Position numbers and translations under genes: made by a program. Below the pieces are notes generated by a model. That model had not been told where the DNA came from, searched no databases, and saw only the letters and a program-made list of their open reading frames with translations. Below are positions 19,318 through 27,806 of a DNA stretch of 63,619 bases, one piece after another; position 1 is the first letter of the stretch, and every line of letters begins with the position of its first letter. Where the stretch lies: NCBI GenBank assembly GCA_964609095.1, contig CAZSQN010000004.1:14663-78281 (forward strand), written 5' to 3'. This DNA comes from an uncultured Gammaproteobacteria bacterium. GTDB taxonomy: Bacteria; Patescibacteriota; Patescibacteriia; CAZSQN01.

Positions 19318-19450
19318 GGGGGTTGACCCCAGCACATAGTTTTAGCCTAAAACATCTATTTGGAATTGCAGAGGTAGATTATCAAAGCGCAATTTCATTT
19401 CGCATTACAATAAAACCTCTTTCGCGCCAAAACTATGTGCTGGGTTGACA
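19318..19450. repeat. CAGCACATA family MITE-like element, reverse complement of the copy at 47306-47447
   Basis: ttgaccccagcacatagttttagcc ... aaaactatgtgctgggttgaca. Its reverse complement aligns with 47306-47447 over the full length (roughly 85-90 percent by hand). Confidence 0.85.
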
Positions 19451-19545
19451 TAGATAATGCTTAGAGTTAAATTATCCTCGCGTTCCTTTAACCGAAAACT
19501 GGACAAGGAGCCCTTCAACTGTGTTCAGGGCAGGAGGAAGAGAAA

Positions 19546-19902
19546 ATGACCGTAGCAATCGCGATTGTCGGCGGTTTGGCCATTCTTTTTACTTTGCCGA
19601 TGCCGTTTATTGCTTGGCTTGAAGCAGCAGAGGCAGATAATAATGAAGGTATCGTGTATGGGTTTGCCGTAGGCGCGACGCTTGGTTGGCTTTTGACCAT
19701 TACGCTTTTCATACTCGCTCTGGCAACACAAGCAATCGTTGTCATTTCCATTGTGGGAGCGGCGGCATTGCTCTGCGGCTTAGTGGGAGTATTTCTTTGC
19801 TTTGTGAATGCGGACAAGAATAACACAGGAGGAGTGTTGGCGGTTGTTTTGTTTGGTTTCTGTTTGACTATCGCGCTTCTTGTCCTCGCGCTGGTGAAGT
19901 AG
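19546..19902 (+). CDS. Small hydrophobic membrane protein (paralog of next ORF)
   Basis: 118 aa. Starts MTVAIAIVGGLA, ends LLVLALVK. SD ggaggaag upstream. Confidence 0.6.
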   Translation: MTVAIAIVGGLAILFTLPMPFIAWLEAAEADNNEGIVYGFAVGATLGWLLTITLFILALATQAIVVISIVGAAALLCGLVGVFLCFVNADKNNTGGVLAVVLFGFCLTIALLVLALVK

Positions 19903-19917
19903 AAAGATGAAACTAAG

Positions 19918-20115
19918 ATGACTTTAGCCATCGCGATTGTCGGCGGTTTGGCCTTAGCCGGAAGTTTGTTTATGGTGGTCCTGTGTTGCTCGGCGGCGAT
20001 AGACGCCGTTGCAGAAGATTCCGAAGAAGGCCGCAATATGTTTTGGATAGCCTCAATTTCTGTATTGGTCTTTTTGATGACAGTCACCCTCCTTGTTCTC
20101 GCGTTGGTGAAGTAA
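19918..20115 (+). CDS. Small hydrophobic membrane protein (paralog of previous ORF)
   Basis: 65 aa. Starts MTLAIAIVGGLA, ends LLVLALVK. Confidence 0.55.
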   Translation: MTLAIAIVGGLALAGSLFMVVLCCSAAIDAVAEDSEEGRNMFWIASISVLVFLMTVTLLVLALVK

Positions 20116-20123
20116 TCTTTATA

Positions 20124-20147
20124 TCCCGATAAAATCGGGATTTTTTT
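20124..20147 (+). terminator. Intrinsic terminator
   Basis: tcccgat-aaa-atcggga followed by a T-run. Confidence 0.7.
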
Positions 20148-20597
20148 GTTGCCAGATTTTCGCATTTATTTTACCAAAGAAAAAACCTCCGGTTGTTCCG
20201 GAGATTTTTTCTGGAGTATATTTACAACAAAGCTCGAACTCATTTTACCGAAAATCGCTGAAAAAATCCAATCGCTCCGCCCCGCCGCCAGCCGCCGCAG
20301 AGCGGCGGCCTGCCTCGCAGAAAAATTGTCTTCCCCTTTTAAGAAAAAAATCGGGCGCGCGCAAAATCAAAAAATGTAAAGGCAATTTTTCTGCTCGGCT
20401 CCGCGCTCAATCGCGCGGGGCGGCGGGTGCGGCCTCTATTTTATTTCGCTCGCGGGCAAAAAGTTTCCCTCCCCCTTCAACCCCCTTCCACTTTTTGCCC
20501 GCGAGTTGGAAGATTTGTTTGGAAATTATTTTTCTGGCAGTGCCAGGATTTCGGTGTTGCTATGCAAAATCAAAGGGAAATGATAAAATTGTAAATA

Positions 20598-21044
20598 ATG
20601 AAATTCCAGGGACCAAAATCACACATTCATTCAATTGCCCGTGGTCTTCTTGTGCGCGGAGAGGAAATTATATTGTGCCGAGTCAAAGACGCAGAATGGT
20701 TTTTTCTTCCCGGAGGTCATATAGAGGATAGGGAATCGGCACGAGCGGCGCTTTTGCGAGAATTGCGTGAAGAAATAGGCGTCAGTGATTATAAAATCAC
20801 TTCTTTTGTTGGTGTCTGCGAAAATATTTTTTTACTCAAAGAAGGTGTTTCCCAGCACGAAATAAATATCTTATTTAAGGTTGATGTTCCGCAAGAAGTA
20901 CAAATAAATACTAAAGAAGATCATATTGAATTTGTGAGCGTTGCTGTAAACAATCTGAAAGATTGTAAGATTTTGCCCGTCACTCTTAAAGACGGGCTCC
21001 TAGAATGGCTAAAAAATGGGAAGCCGTTTTTGAAGGAAATTTAA
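20598..21044 (+). CDS. NUDIX hydrolase
   Basis: GGHIEDRESARAALLRELREEIGV fits the Nudix box GX5EX7REUXEEXGU. Confidence 0.85.
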   Translation: MKFQGPKSHIHSIARGLLVRGEEIILCRVKDAEWFFLPGGHIEDRESARAALLRELREEIGVSDYKITSFVGVCENIFLLKEGVSQHEINILFKVDVPQEVQINTKEDHIEFVSVAVNNLKDCKILPVTLKDGLLEWLKNGKPFLKEI

Positions 21045-21050
21045 TATGCT

Positions 21051-21662
21051 ATGTTTATTTGCTTTGAAGGTATTGCCGGTAGTGGAAAAACTACACAAAC
21101 AAAACTGCTTGCTGATTACCTGAAAAGTGTAAAGAAGAAAGAAGTTTTCATAAGTGCCGCCTATGAAAGTGATCGCCGTAAAGCGGTCTCTGACTTTATG
21201 AACACTTCGGGAATCAAACCTGATCAGAATGCGGTTATGTTTCTATTCCAGGCTTTGCATGCGGCACAGTACCACGAAGTTAATCAAGCTCTCACGAATG
21301 GCAAAGTGGTTATTGCGGATCGATGGCGGCATTCCTTCTTTGCGCATCATCTGCAACAAAATACATTCAGCCGAGATGAAATTTTCATGCGCCAGCTAGA
21401 CCTACTGGCCTATAGGACGCTAGAGCCGGATATTTACTTTCTTCTTGATATACCCCCGTTGATTGCATACGAGCGATATTTGAAGCGAGAACACTCTATC
21501 AACGATAGCGGTTTAGAGTTAATGAGCAATGAATACTTTCATTCTGTCTCTAACTACTATAATCAACTCGCGCACAGAAATGGCTGGTGTGTAATTGATG
21601 GAACACGAGACCCTCAAGCCGTATTTTGTGAGATACGGAACATCATTAACCAAAAGTTATGA
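21051..21662 (+). CDS. tmk: Thymidylate (dTMP) kinase-like protein
   Basis: MFICFEGIAGSGKTTQ P-loop and an IADRW (DR[YW]) motif. 203 aa. Confidence 0.7.
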   Translation: MFICFEGIAGSGKTTQTKLLADYLKSVKKKEVFISAAYESDRRKAVSDFMNTSGIKPDQNAVMFLFQALHAAQYHEVNQALTNGKVVIADRWRHSFFAHHLQQNTFSRDEIFMRQLDLLAYRTLEPDIYFLLDIPPLIAYERYLKREHSINDSGLELMSNEYFHSVSNYYNQLAHRNGWCVIDGTRDPQAVFCEIRNIINQKL

Positions 21663-22411
21663 TAACGACTTTATACATTGTCGGCTTCTTGCTTCTCCTT
21701 CATGGAGCTTATCAGCTTCTAAAATACCTGATCGTATTATCAGAAGTTAAAGAGAAATCTCATACTAAATCAGCACAGACCGCAATAAGGAAACCACATA
21801 AATTTTTCATTCTCGTTCCGGTTCTACACGAAGAAAAAACAATCGAGAAATTTCTAGTCGATCTTTCTTTGCAAGATTATCCTAACAATTCTTTTGAAGT
21901 TTGTGTGATAACTACACAAAAAGAATATTTAAACAGAGTTCAGCCAAATACCATTGATATCCTAAACCGATTGGTATCCGAGAAAAAATTTTCGAAACTC
22001 CAACTCACTATTATTCATTATCCTAATACTGAAGGATTTAAAGCTCATCAACTGGATTATGCTTTTAAGCAAATTAGAAAAATACGCAGTGATAATGCCG
22101 TTTCAAATACATTCTTTCTTTTTCTTGACGCAGATTCTGAAGTAGAACCAAGTACGCTCGCAAGATTCAATAGCTCAATTGAAGAAAATATCGAAATATA
22201 CCAACAACCACTTCTTTGGTTCAAGAACATCGGGGACATCAAAAATCCATTCATGCAGAGTTTTGCATTTTCGCAATCATTTTTCTCCATATCTTACGAG
22301 ATCCCTATGTTTATAGGAAAATTTTTTCCTTGGAGATTAAAATATCTTGTCGGGCACGGACTTTGCGCGAAGGGATCGTTAAAGAGTATTTTGCTTGGCG
22401 GCGAGCGTTAG
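21659..22411 (+). CDS. Family-2 glycosyltransferase, possibly C-terminally truncated
   Basis: N-terminal TM helix, FILVPVLHEE and FLFLDADS (DxD). Only 250 aa, ends next to the tRNA-Gly locus. ATGA overlap with tmk. Confidence 0.6.
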   Translation: MITTLYIVGFLLLLHGAYQLLKYLIVLSEVKEKSHTKSAQTAIRKPHKFFILVPVLHEEKTIEKFLVDLSLQDYPNNSFEVCVITTQKEYLNRVQPNTIDILNRLVSEKKFSKLQLTIIHYPNTEGFKAHQLDYAFKQIRKIRSDNAVSNTFFLFLDADSEVEPSTLARFNSSIEENIEIYQQPLLWFKNIGDIKNPFMQSFAFSQSFFSISYEIPMFIGKFFPWRLKYLVGHGLCAKGSLKSILLGGER

Positions 22412-22548
22412 CGAGCGGAGGCGGGGCGGCTTCCTTTGGTCAGGAATTTTTGATAAAATAGGTTCGATCGTAATCGTATAAATACTCCAAAAAACACTCT
22501 CTTCGCGAGGGTGTTTTTTGTCCTGTCATTCGGAACTTTAGTGAAGAA

Positions 22549-22662
22549 TGGAGCGGGTAGGGGGAATCCTTTCGCTCCGACTCAAGCCTGGGCGCTCCGC
22601 ACGCGAGCCGACGCCCGTCGGCTCTACTCGCGCCCTTCGATTCCCGTATAATCTTATAATTT
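22549..22662 (-). repeat. tRNA-Gly-linked 94-nt element plus 20-nt duplicate of the tRNA 3' end
   Basis: tggagcgggtagggggaatc occurs at 22549-22568 and inside the tRNA at 22663-22682. The intervening 94 nt is homologous to 62377-62471. Confidence 0.85.
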
Positions 22663-22736
22663 TGGAGCGGGTAGGGGGAATCGAACCCCCGTCATTTGAT
22701 TGGCAACCAAATGTTCTACCATTGAACCATACCCGC
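22663..22736 (-). tRNA. tRNA-Gly (anticodon GCC), CCA encoded
   Basis: gcgggta-tg-gttcaatggtagaac-atttggttgccaatcaaat-gacg-ggggttcgattccccc-tacccgc-tcca. Confidence 0.9.
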
Positions 22737-22814
22737 ATGACAGTTATCTTTTTATCATTTCTTTTGAAAAATATCAAGTTTCTTTTATATTATATGGTAA
22801 AATAAATGTGTATG

Positions 22815-22945
22815 CCAGGTAGTAGAAATTCGACTGCTCTCGACCGCGGTCGGGAGCGAAGAGTGTGATTAGACATTATTTCTGGCAAAAGCTTATAAAT
22901 TCGTAAAACATCAAATTATACTTAAGTCGAATTTTCACTACCTGG
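22815..22945. repeat. GGTAGTAGA..TCACTACC family element (long form), ends 1 nt before the polX start codon
   Basis: ccaggtagtagaaattcgac ... gtcgaattttcactacctgg, ~20-bp inverted termini. Confidence 0.8.
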
Positions 22946-22946
22946 T

Positions 22947-24695
22947 ATGACGATAGGTAAAACCAACGCGGAAATAGCCAAAGTCCTCGCCGATATGTCC
23001 ATCCTTTATGAAATGGCAGGTGTTGATTTTAAGCCGCGCGCTTACGAGCGGGCGGCGGAATCAATCCGGACTTTGGACGAAGAGCTTCGCGATTTGTGGA
23101 AGCGCGAGGGCAAAAAAGGACTGGATAAAGTTCCGTGGGTCGGGCCCGGCATCGCGGCGCATATAGAAGAGATTTTAAAAACCGGACATTTTAAGGAATA
23201 CGAACAAATGAAGAAAAAGTTTCCTATTGAGCTTGAAGAACTGATTGCGATTGAAGGCGTGGGGCCGATGGCGGTCAAAGAGCTTTGGCAAAAGCTTAAA
23301 ATTAAGAATTTAAAACAATTGGAGGCCGCGGCCAAGGCGGGCAAAGTCAGAAAGTTGCCGCGGTTCGGAGTAAAGAGCGAAGAGAAGATATTAAAGGGAA
23401 TAGAGTTTTTGAAAAAAAGCCGCGGGCGGTTTAACCTTGGCGAAATGTTTCCGATTGTAAAAAATATGGAGGAGCGGATTAGGCGTATTCCCGGAATCGG
23501 GCGCATCACCACCTGCGGTTCTTTCCGCCGGATGCAGGAGACAATCGGAGACATTGATATTTTGGTAACGGCGAAACAACCGGAAAAAGTAATTGATGCG
23601 TTTTTAAAGTTTCCGGAAATTGGCGATGTGTACGGCAAAGGCCCGACAAAAGTTAATGTGCGATTAAAAAACGGCATAGACGCCGATATCCGCGTCCTGC
23701 CGGAGAATGCGTATGGGAGCGCCATCCAGTATTTTACCGGCGACAGGTCGCACAATATTCAGTTGCGCACATTGGCGATTAAAAAAGGATACAAACTTTC
23801 GGAATACGGTCTATTCAAAGGAAAAAAGCTGGTGGCAGGCAAGACCGAGGAGGAAATTTATAAAAAATTAGGAATGGATACTCCGCCGCCGGAAATTCGC
23901 ACCGCAAGCGGAGAAATAGAAGCGGCGCGAGCGCACAAACTTCCCAAATTGATTCCTTACGGAAGCGTTCGCGGCGATTTGCAAGTGCAGACATCATGGA
24001 CAGACGGAGCCGCGAGCATAGAAGAAATGGCTAAAGCCGCAATAAAAGCGGGTTTGGAGTACATCGCCATTACAGACCACACTAAATCACTTGCCATGAC
24101 CGGAGGACTTGATGAAAAAGGATTGGAGCGGCAGGGGCGGGAGATAGATAAAATAAACAAAGGGTTTAGGGTAAAGGGTTTAGGGTTTAGGATTCTGAAA
24201 GGCGCGGAAGTTAATATCTTAAAAGACGGAACATTGGATATTAAAGACGAAGCGTTAAAAAAATTGGATGTGGTGGGGGTTTCCGTCCATTCCCACTTTA
24301 ATATGAGCGAGAACGAGATGACGGCACGGATTATACGGGCATTAAAAAATCCTTATGTTAATATCTTATTTCATCCAACGGGCAGGATAATTGGCAAACG
24401 CGAACCGTATAAATTGGATATTTTAAAAGTTCTTCGCGCGGCAAAAGAGTTTGGCGCGGCTATGGAAGTTAACGCGTCTCCGGACAGATTGGATTTGCGC
24501 GACGCGCATATTAAAGACGCTATCCGGCTTGGGGTAAAACTGGTGGTGGACTCGGACGCGCACGCTCCGGCGCATTTTGAGTGGCTCAACTTTGGCGTGG
24601 CGCAGGTGCGCCGAGGGTGGGGGGAGGCAAAAGACGTGCTGAACACTAAATCGCTTGAGCAATTTTTAATGTCTTTGCGCGGACTCAAACATTAG
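22947..24695 (+). CDS. Family X DNA polymerase with C-terminal PHP domain
   Basis: 582 aa. HhH-rich N-terminus, GDIDILVT nucleotidyltransferase motif, and a PHP-type region with HT..H..H histidines. Confidence 0.85.
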   Translation: MTIGKTNAEIAKVLADMSILYEMAGVDFKPRAYERAAESIRTLDEELRDLWKREGKKGLDKVPWVGPGIAAHIEEILKTGHFKEYEQMKKKFPIELEELIAIEGVGPMAVKELWQKLKIKNLKQLEAAAKAGKVRKLPRFGVKSEEKILKGIEFLKKSRGRFNLGEMFPIVKNMEERIRRIPGIGRITTCGSFRRMQETIGDIDILVTAKQPEKVIDAFLKFPEIGDVYGKGPTKVNVRLKNGIDADIRVLPENAYGSAIQYFTGDRSHNIQLRTLAIKKGYKLSEYGLFKGKKLVAGKTEEEIYKKLGMDTPPPEIRTASGEIEAARAHKLPKLIPYGSVRGDLQVQTSWTDGAASIEEMAKAAIKAGLEYIAITDHTKSLAMTGGLDEKGLERQGREIDKINKGFRVKGLGFRILKGAEVNILKDGTLDIKDEALKKLDVVGVSVHSHFNMSENEMTARIIRALKNPYVNILFHPTGRIIGKREPYKLDILKVLRAAKEFGAAMEVNASPDRLDLRDAHIKDAIRLGVKLVVDSDAHAPAHFEWLNFGVAQVRRGWGEAKDVLNTKSLEQFLMSLRGLKH

Positions 24696-24726
24696 TTTAA
24701 TTTTTTTGTCCTTTTATGGAGGATAG

Positions 24727-25335
24727 TTATCGCGTCAGTGATTCAGGCGATTTATTTTTGTTTCTTTTGATGAATTCTATAACGCGAGTTTCGTCAAAAG
24801 ATGATAGTTTTTCAAGCCGCCCCCAGGAAGCAAGCGCGATTGGCGAATCATTGGCGGAACGCGGAGACACAATTACGCTGCCGGGGTATCTTTTCCCGAT
24901 TGTTTCCAGCTTTTCTTTTGCGTCATTATCAATACTTGGCTGGTAGGAAATCCAAATGCCGCCATGTTCCAAGCTGTGCACCACATTTTCGTCTTTGAGT
25001 TCTTGTTGGTAAACGCCCCAATCCGTATCTTGGGCATAATGCCAGCCGGAAGTCGGCGGGTTTGAGTTATATTCCGGGTGCGCCGCGCCAACCGGAATGT
25101 GTTCCCGTCCTTGGATGGAAACGGGTTGTCCCGGCCTTGAAGCGGTTGTTTTGGAATTGAATAAAAAAATGATATAGCCGATGAAGACCAAAATAAGCAG
25201 AATGCCTAAACGTTTCATCGCTTTTTTTTGAAATAATATTTTTTGTTCTTTCCGCTGCGTCGCTTTTTGCTCCTCGCGGCGCATCTCGCGCCGCTCTTTT
25301 TTTGTCATTGGCTGGCTGGATTGTTCCGGCTGCAT
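24727..25335 (-). CDS. DUF3105-like membrane-anchored protein
   Basis: 202 aa. TM helix, then YNSNPPTSGWHY ... HSLEHGGIWISY. Confidence 0.6.
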   Translation of the reverse strand: MQPEQSSQPMTKKERREMRREEQKATQRKEQKILFQKKAMKRLGILLILVFIGYIIFLFNSKTTASRPGQPVSIQGREHIPVGAAHPEYNSNPPTSGWHYAQDTDWGVYQQELKDENVVHSLEHGGIWISYQPSIDNDAKEKLETIGKRYPGSVIVSPRSANDSPIALASWGRLEKLSSFDETRVIEFIKRNKNKSPESLTR

Positions 25336-25445
25336 AGTTAGAATGTTTAAAAAGTTAGTTTTTTAAGCCGCAGAATTTTACCTGCCCCGTAGTGAATGCG
25401 GAGCATTCTACTATCGGGGAGTCCTGCGCGATCCCGTACAAGTGG

Positions 25446-25528
25446 TGGGCGAGGAGGGAGTCGAACCCTCACGGTCTTACGACCAACGAATTTTAAGTCC
25501 GTCGTGTATACCATTCCACCACTCGCCC
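25446..25528 (-). tRNA. tRNA-Leu (anticodon TAA)
   Basis: gggcgag-tg-gtggaatggtatacac..gacggacttaaaattcgtt..long variable arm..agggttcgactccct-ctcgccc-a. Confidence 0.85.
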
Positions 25529-25708
25529 ACCATCTGCACGGGGTAAATATATTATTTCGCTACTCGGATCTTATTGCGCATATTGTAGCAAAAAATATAA
25601 AAACACAATAGTCGCATCTGCATAAGGCCAGGCACCACTTCTTGACCCGAAGATTCTTTTTTGTTAGGTTTGATTTAGGTTCTTTTAAAAACGAAAGGAG
25701 AGCAAAAC

Positions 25709-26014
25709 ATGACGCGGGAAGAAATTCGCAGTAGATATCAGCGTTTGTTTGCACGCAGGGAGGCCTTGGAAAAAGGCATTAAAGCAAGCCGCGGAACTGT
25801 TAGAGCGGCGTTAGATAAGTTTGATGATGTTTGCCGCAATATAGAAAAATTGCAGAGCCGATGTTCGCATCCGGAAGTAATCAATAAGCCCGTGTTTCCC
25901 ACGCCCGACTGCAAGCAGGAAGCTTGCGCGGATTGCGGCAGAGTGTTTAAGGAATGCGAGTGTCTGCTCTGCAGAGCAACGGAGGAATTCAGTGATCCTT
26001 TTAGGCCCGGATAA
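25709..26014 (+). CDS. Hypothetical Cys-rich small protein
   Basis: 101 aa with an AAAGGAGAG SD upstream and C-terminal CxxC/CxC clusters. Confidence 0.55.
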   Translation: MTREEIRSRYQRLFARREALEKGIKASRGTVRAALDKFDDVCRNIEKLQSRCSHPEVINKPVFPTPDCKQEACADCGRVFKECECLLCRATEEFSDPFRPG

Positions 26015-26089
26015 ATTCGGGCTTTTTATTTTTTGTTATTCGTGTTATCTTTAGAAATTAGTAATTAGGAATTAGAAATTTAAACGGAT

Positions 26090-27172
26090 ATGTCTTTTTC
26101 CATAGGAATCGTCGGTTTGCCGAATGTGGGGAAATCAACCCTCTTTAAGGCGCTGACCAAAAAACAAGTTCATATTGCCAACTATCCTTTTGCCACCATT
26201 GACCCTAATGTGGGCGTGGTTACCGTTCCTGACCGCCGGCTTGAGGAGCTGGCCAAACTTTCCAAGTCGGAAAAAATCGTGCCGACTTATGTTGAGTTTT
26301 ACGATATCGCGGGACTAGTGGCCGGCGCGCATAAAGGCGAAGGGCTGGGAAATAAATTTTTGTCTCATATCCGCGAAGTTGACGCCATCGCCATGGTGGT
26401 GCGGGCTTTTGCCGACCCGAACATTATTCACGTTGCCGGGCGCGTTGACCCCAATAGCGATGTGGAGGTAATCCACTACGAACTTATTTTTGCCGACGAG
26501 GAAACAGTCAGGCGCAGGATTTCCGATATCAGGGCCCGGATTAAGTCCGGCTCCACCGGCGCGCTGGAGCATGAGCTTGCGGCCGTAGAAAAAGTCCACC
26601 GCGCGCTGGAGGCCGGGGAGCTGGCCCGGAGCGTTCCACTTTCCGCGGATGAAAAAGTGTTTTTGCGCGACTTGCATCTTCTCACAATGAAGCCGATGCT
26701 TTATGTGCTGAACGTTGATGAAGAATCCTTGAAAGAAGGCGGTTGGAAAGGGGTTTTGAATGAGAAACATTCTCCGCAAGTGGCTATGAACGCCCGTATT
26801 GAGGCGGAGCTCGCCGACTTAACCCCCGAAGACGCCGAAGAAATGATTAAAGAATTGAATCTGTCAAAAAGCGGGCTGGATGAGCTCATTGCCAGAAGCT
26901 ATGAGGCCTTGGGGCTTATTACTTTTATAACCACCGGACCTATGGAAACCAAGGCCTGGACTGTTGCGAAAGGAGCAAAAGCGCCGCGCGCGGCCGGAGT
27001 GATTCATACCGATTTTGAAAAAGGATTTATTAGGGCGGAAGTGATCAATTGGAAAGATTTTTTGGATGCCGGAGGAGAAGTCGGCGCGAAAGAAAAAGGT
27101 CTGATTCGATTAGAGGGCAAGGAATATATTATGCAAGATGGCGATGTGTGTCATTTTCGTTTTTCTAATTAA
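26090..27172 (+). CDS. ychF: Ribosome-binding ATPase YchF
   Basis: MSFSIGIVGLPNVGKSTLFKALT, a TGS-like C-terminus, 360 aa. Confidence 0.92.
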   Translation: MSFSIGIVGLPNVGKSTLFKALTKKQVHIANYPFATIDPNVGVVTVPDRRLEELAKLSKSEKIVPTYVEFYDIAGLVAGAHKGEGLGNKFLSHIREVDAIAMVVRAFADPNIIHVAGRVDPNSDVEVIHYELIFADEETVRRRISDIRARIKSGSTGALEHELAAVEKVHRALEAGELARSVPLSADEKVFLRDLHLLTMKPMLYVLNVDEESLKEGGWKGVLNEKHSPQVAMNARIEAELADLTPEDAEEMIKELNLSKSGLDELIARSYEALGLITFITTGPMETKAWTVAKGAKAPRAAGVIHTDFEKGFIRAEVINWKDFLDAGGEVGAKEKGLIRLEGKEYIMQDGDVCHFRFSN

Positions 27173-27219
27173 GTTGGAAGATGCCTGATAAAAAATTGGA
27201 GAATAAAAAATCTGGCTGT

Positions 27220-27693
27220 TTAGGCCAGTTTTTTGATTTGGTGCGAGTAATACACGGCTGAATGGTTGCCGGTTTGCTCGCCGCAATTGATGGTAACTCC
27301 AAAGGTCGGATTTTTATTTCCTCGGTCCTGTTTCCAAGCCGCTTCGAGCAAATCCCGAACAACTTTTTTTATGGTTTTTGCAACCAAGCCGATACTGGGT
27401 ATGTCGGGTTCAAAACGGCCTTCCTGCTTGTGGCCCGTTATTTCCGCATAAAGAAATCGGCAATATGTGCCGGAGGTTCGTTCCAGAAATTTCCTTATCT
27501 TTTCTTTGTTACCGGTGCTGGTTGTTATCTGCACGCAGACGATCGGCAGGATATCCCGTCCATCCATTTTGACAATCTGGAAGTCGGTCTTAAGGCGGTG
27601 GTCAAGCACCCGGTCCGAAATTATCTGGCAGCCCCACCTCGTCCGGAGCGATTGGATAACTCCGCGCTCAACTTCAAGGCCGTATTTTATCAT
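27220..27693 (-). CDS. Hypothetical protein
   Basis: 157 aa with a GAGGAGG SD upstream. No motif recognised. Confidence 0.55.
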   Translation of the reverse strand: MIKYGLEVERGVIQSLRTRWGCQIISDRVLDHRLKTDFQIVKMDGRDILPIVCVQITTSTGNKEKIRKFLERTSGTYCRFLYAEITGHKQEGRFEPDIPSIGLVAKTIKKVVRDLLEAAWKQDRGNKNPTFGVTINCGEQTGNHSAVYYSHQIKKLA

Positions 27694-27806
27694 CGGGCCT
27701 CCTCGTGGTTCGGTGTCAGCGTCTCGCTAGCCGCGCTTATATAAGTGAAATAGCGGGATACCCCGGGAGTATAAAGAACTTTGTTAAGAACACTATCAGT
27801 TTTAAC

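Noticed and set aside
22548-22805. Apparently conserved small proteins (MERVGGILSLRLKPGRSAREPT.. here and MERAEGILSLRFEPGRSAREPT.. at 62297-62491)
   Set aside because: The similarity is explained by the tRNA-Gly genes and the homologous 95-nt tRNA-linked element read on the antisense strand. The ORFs run through tRNA sequence.
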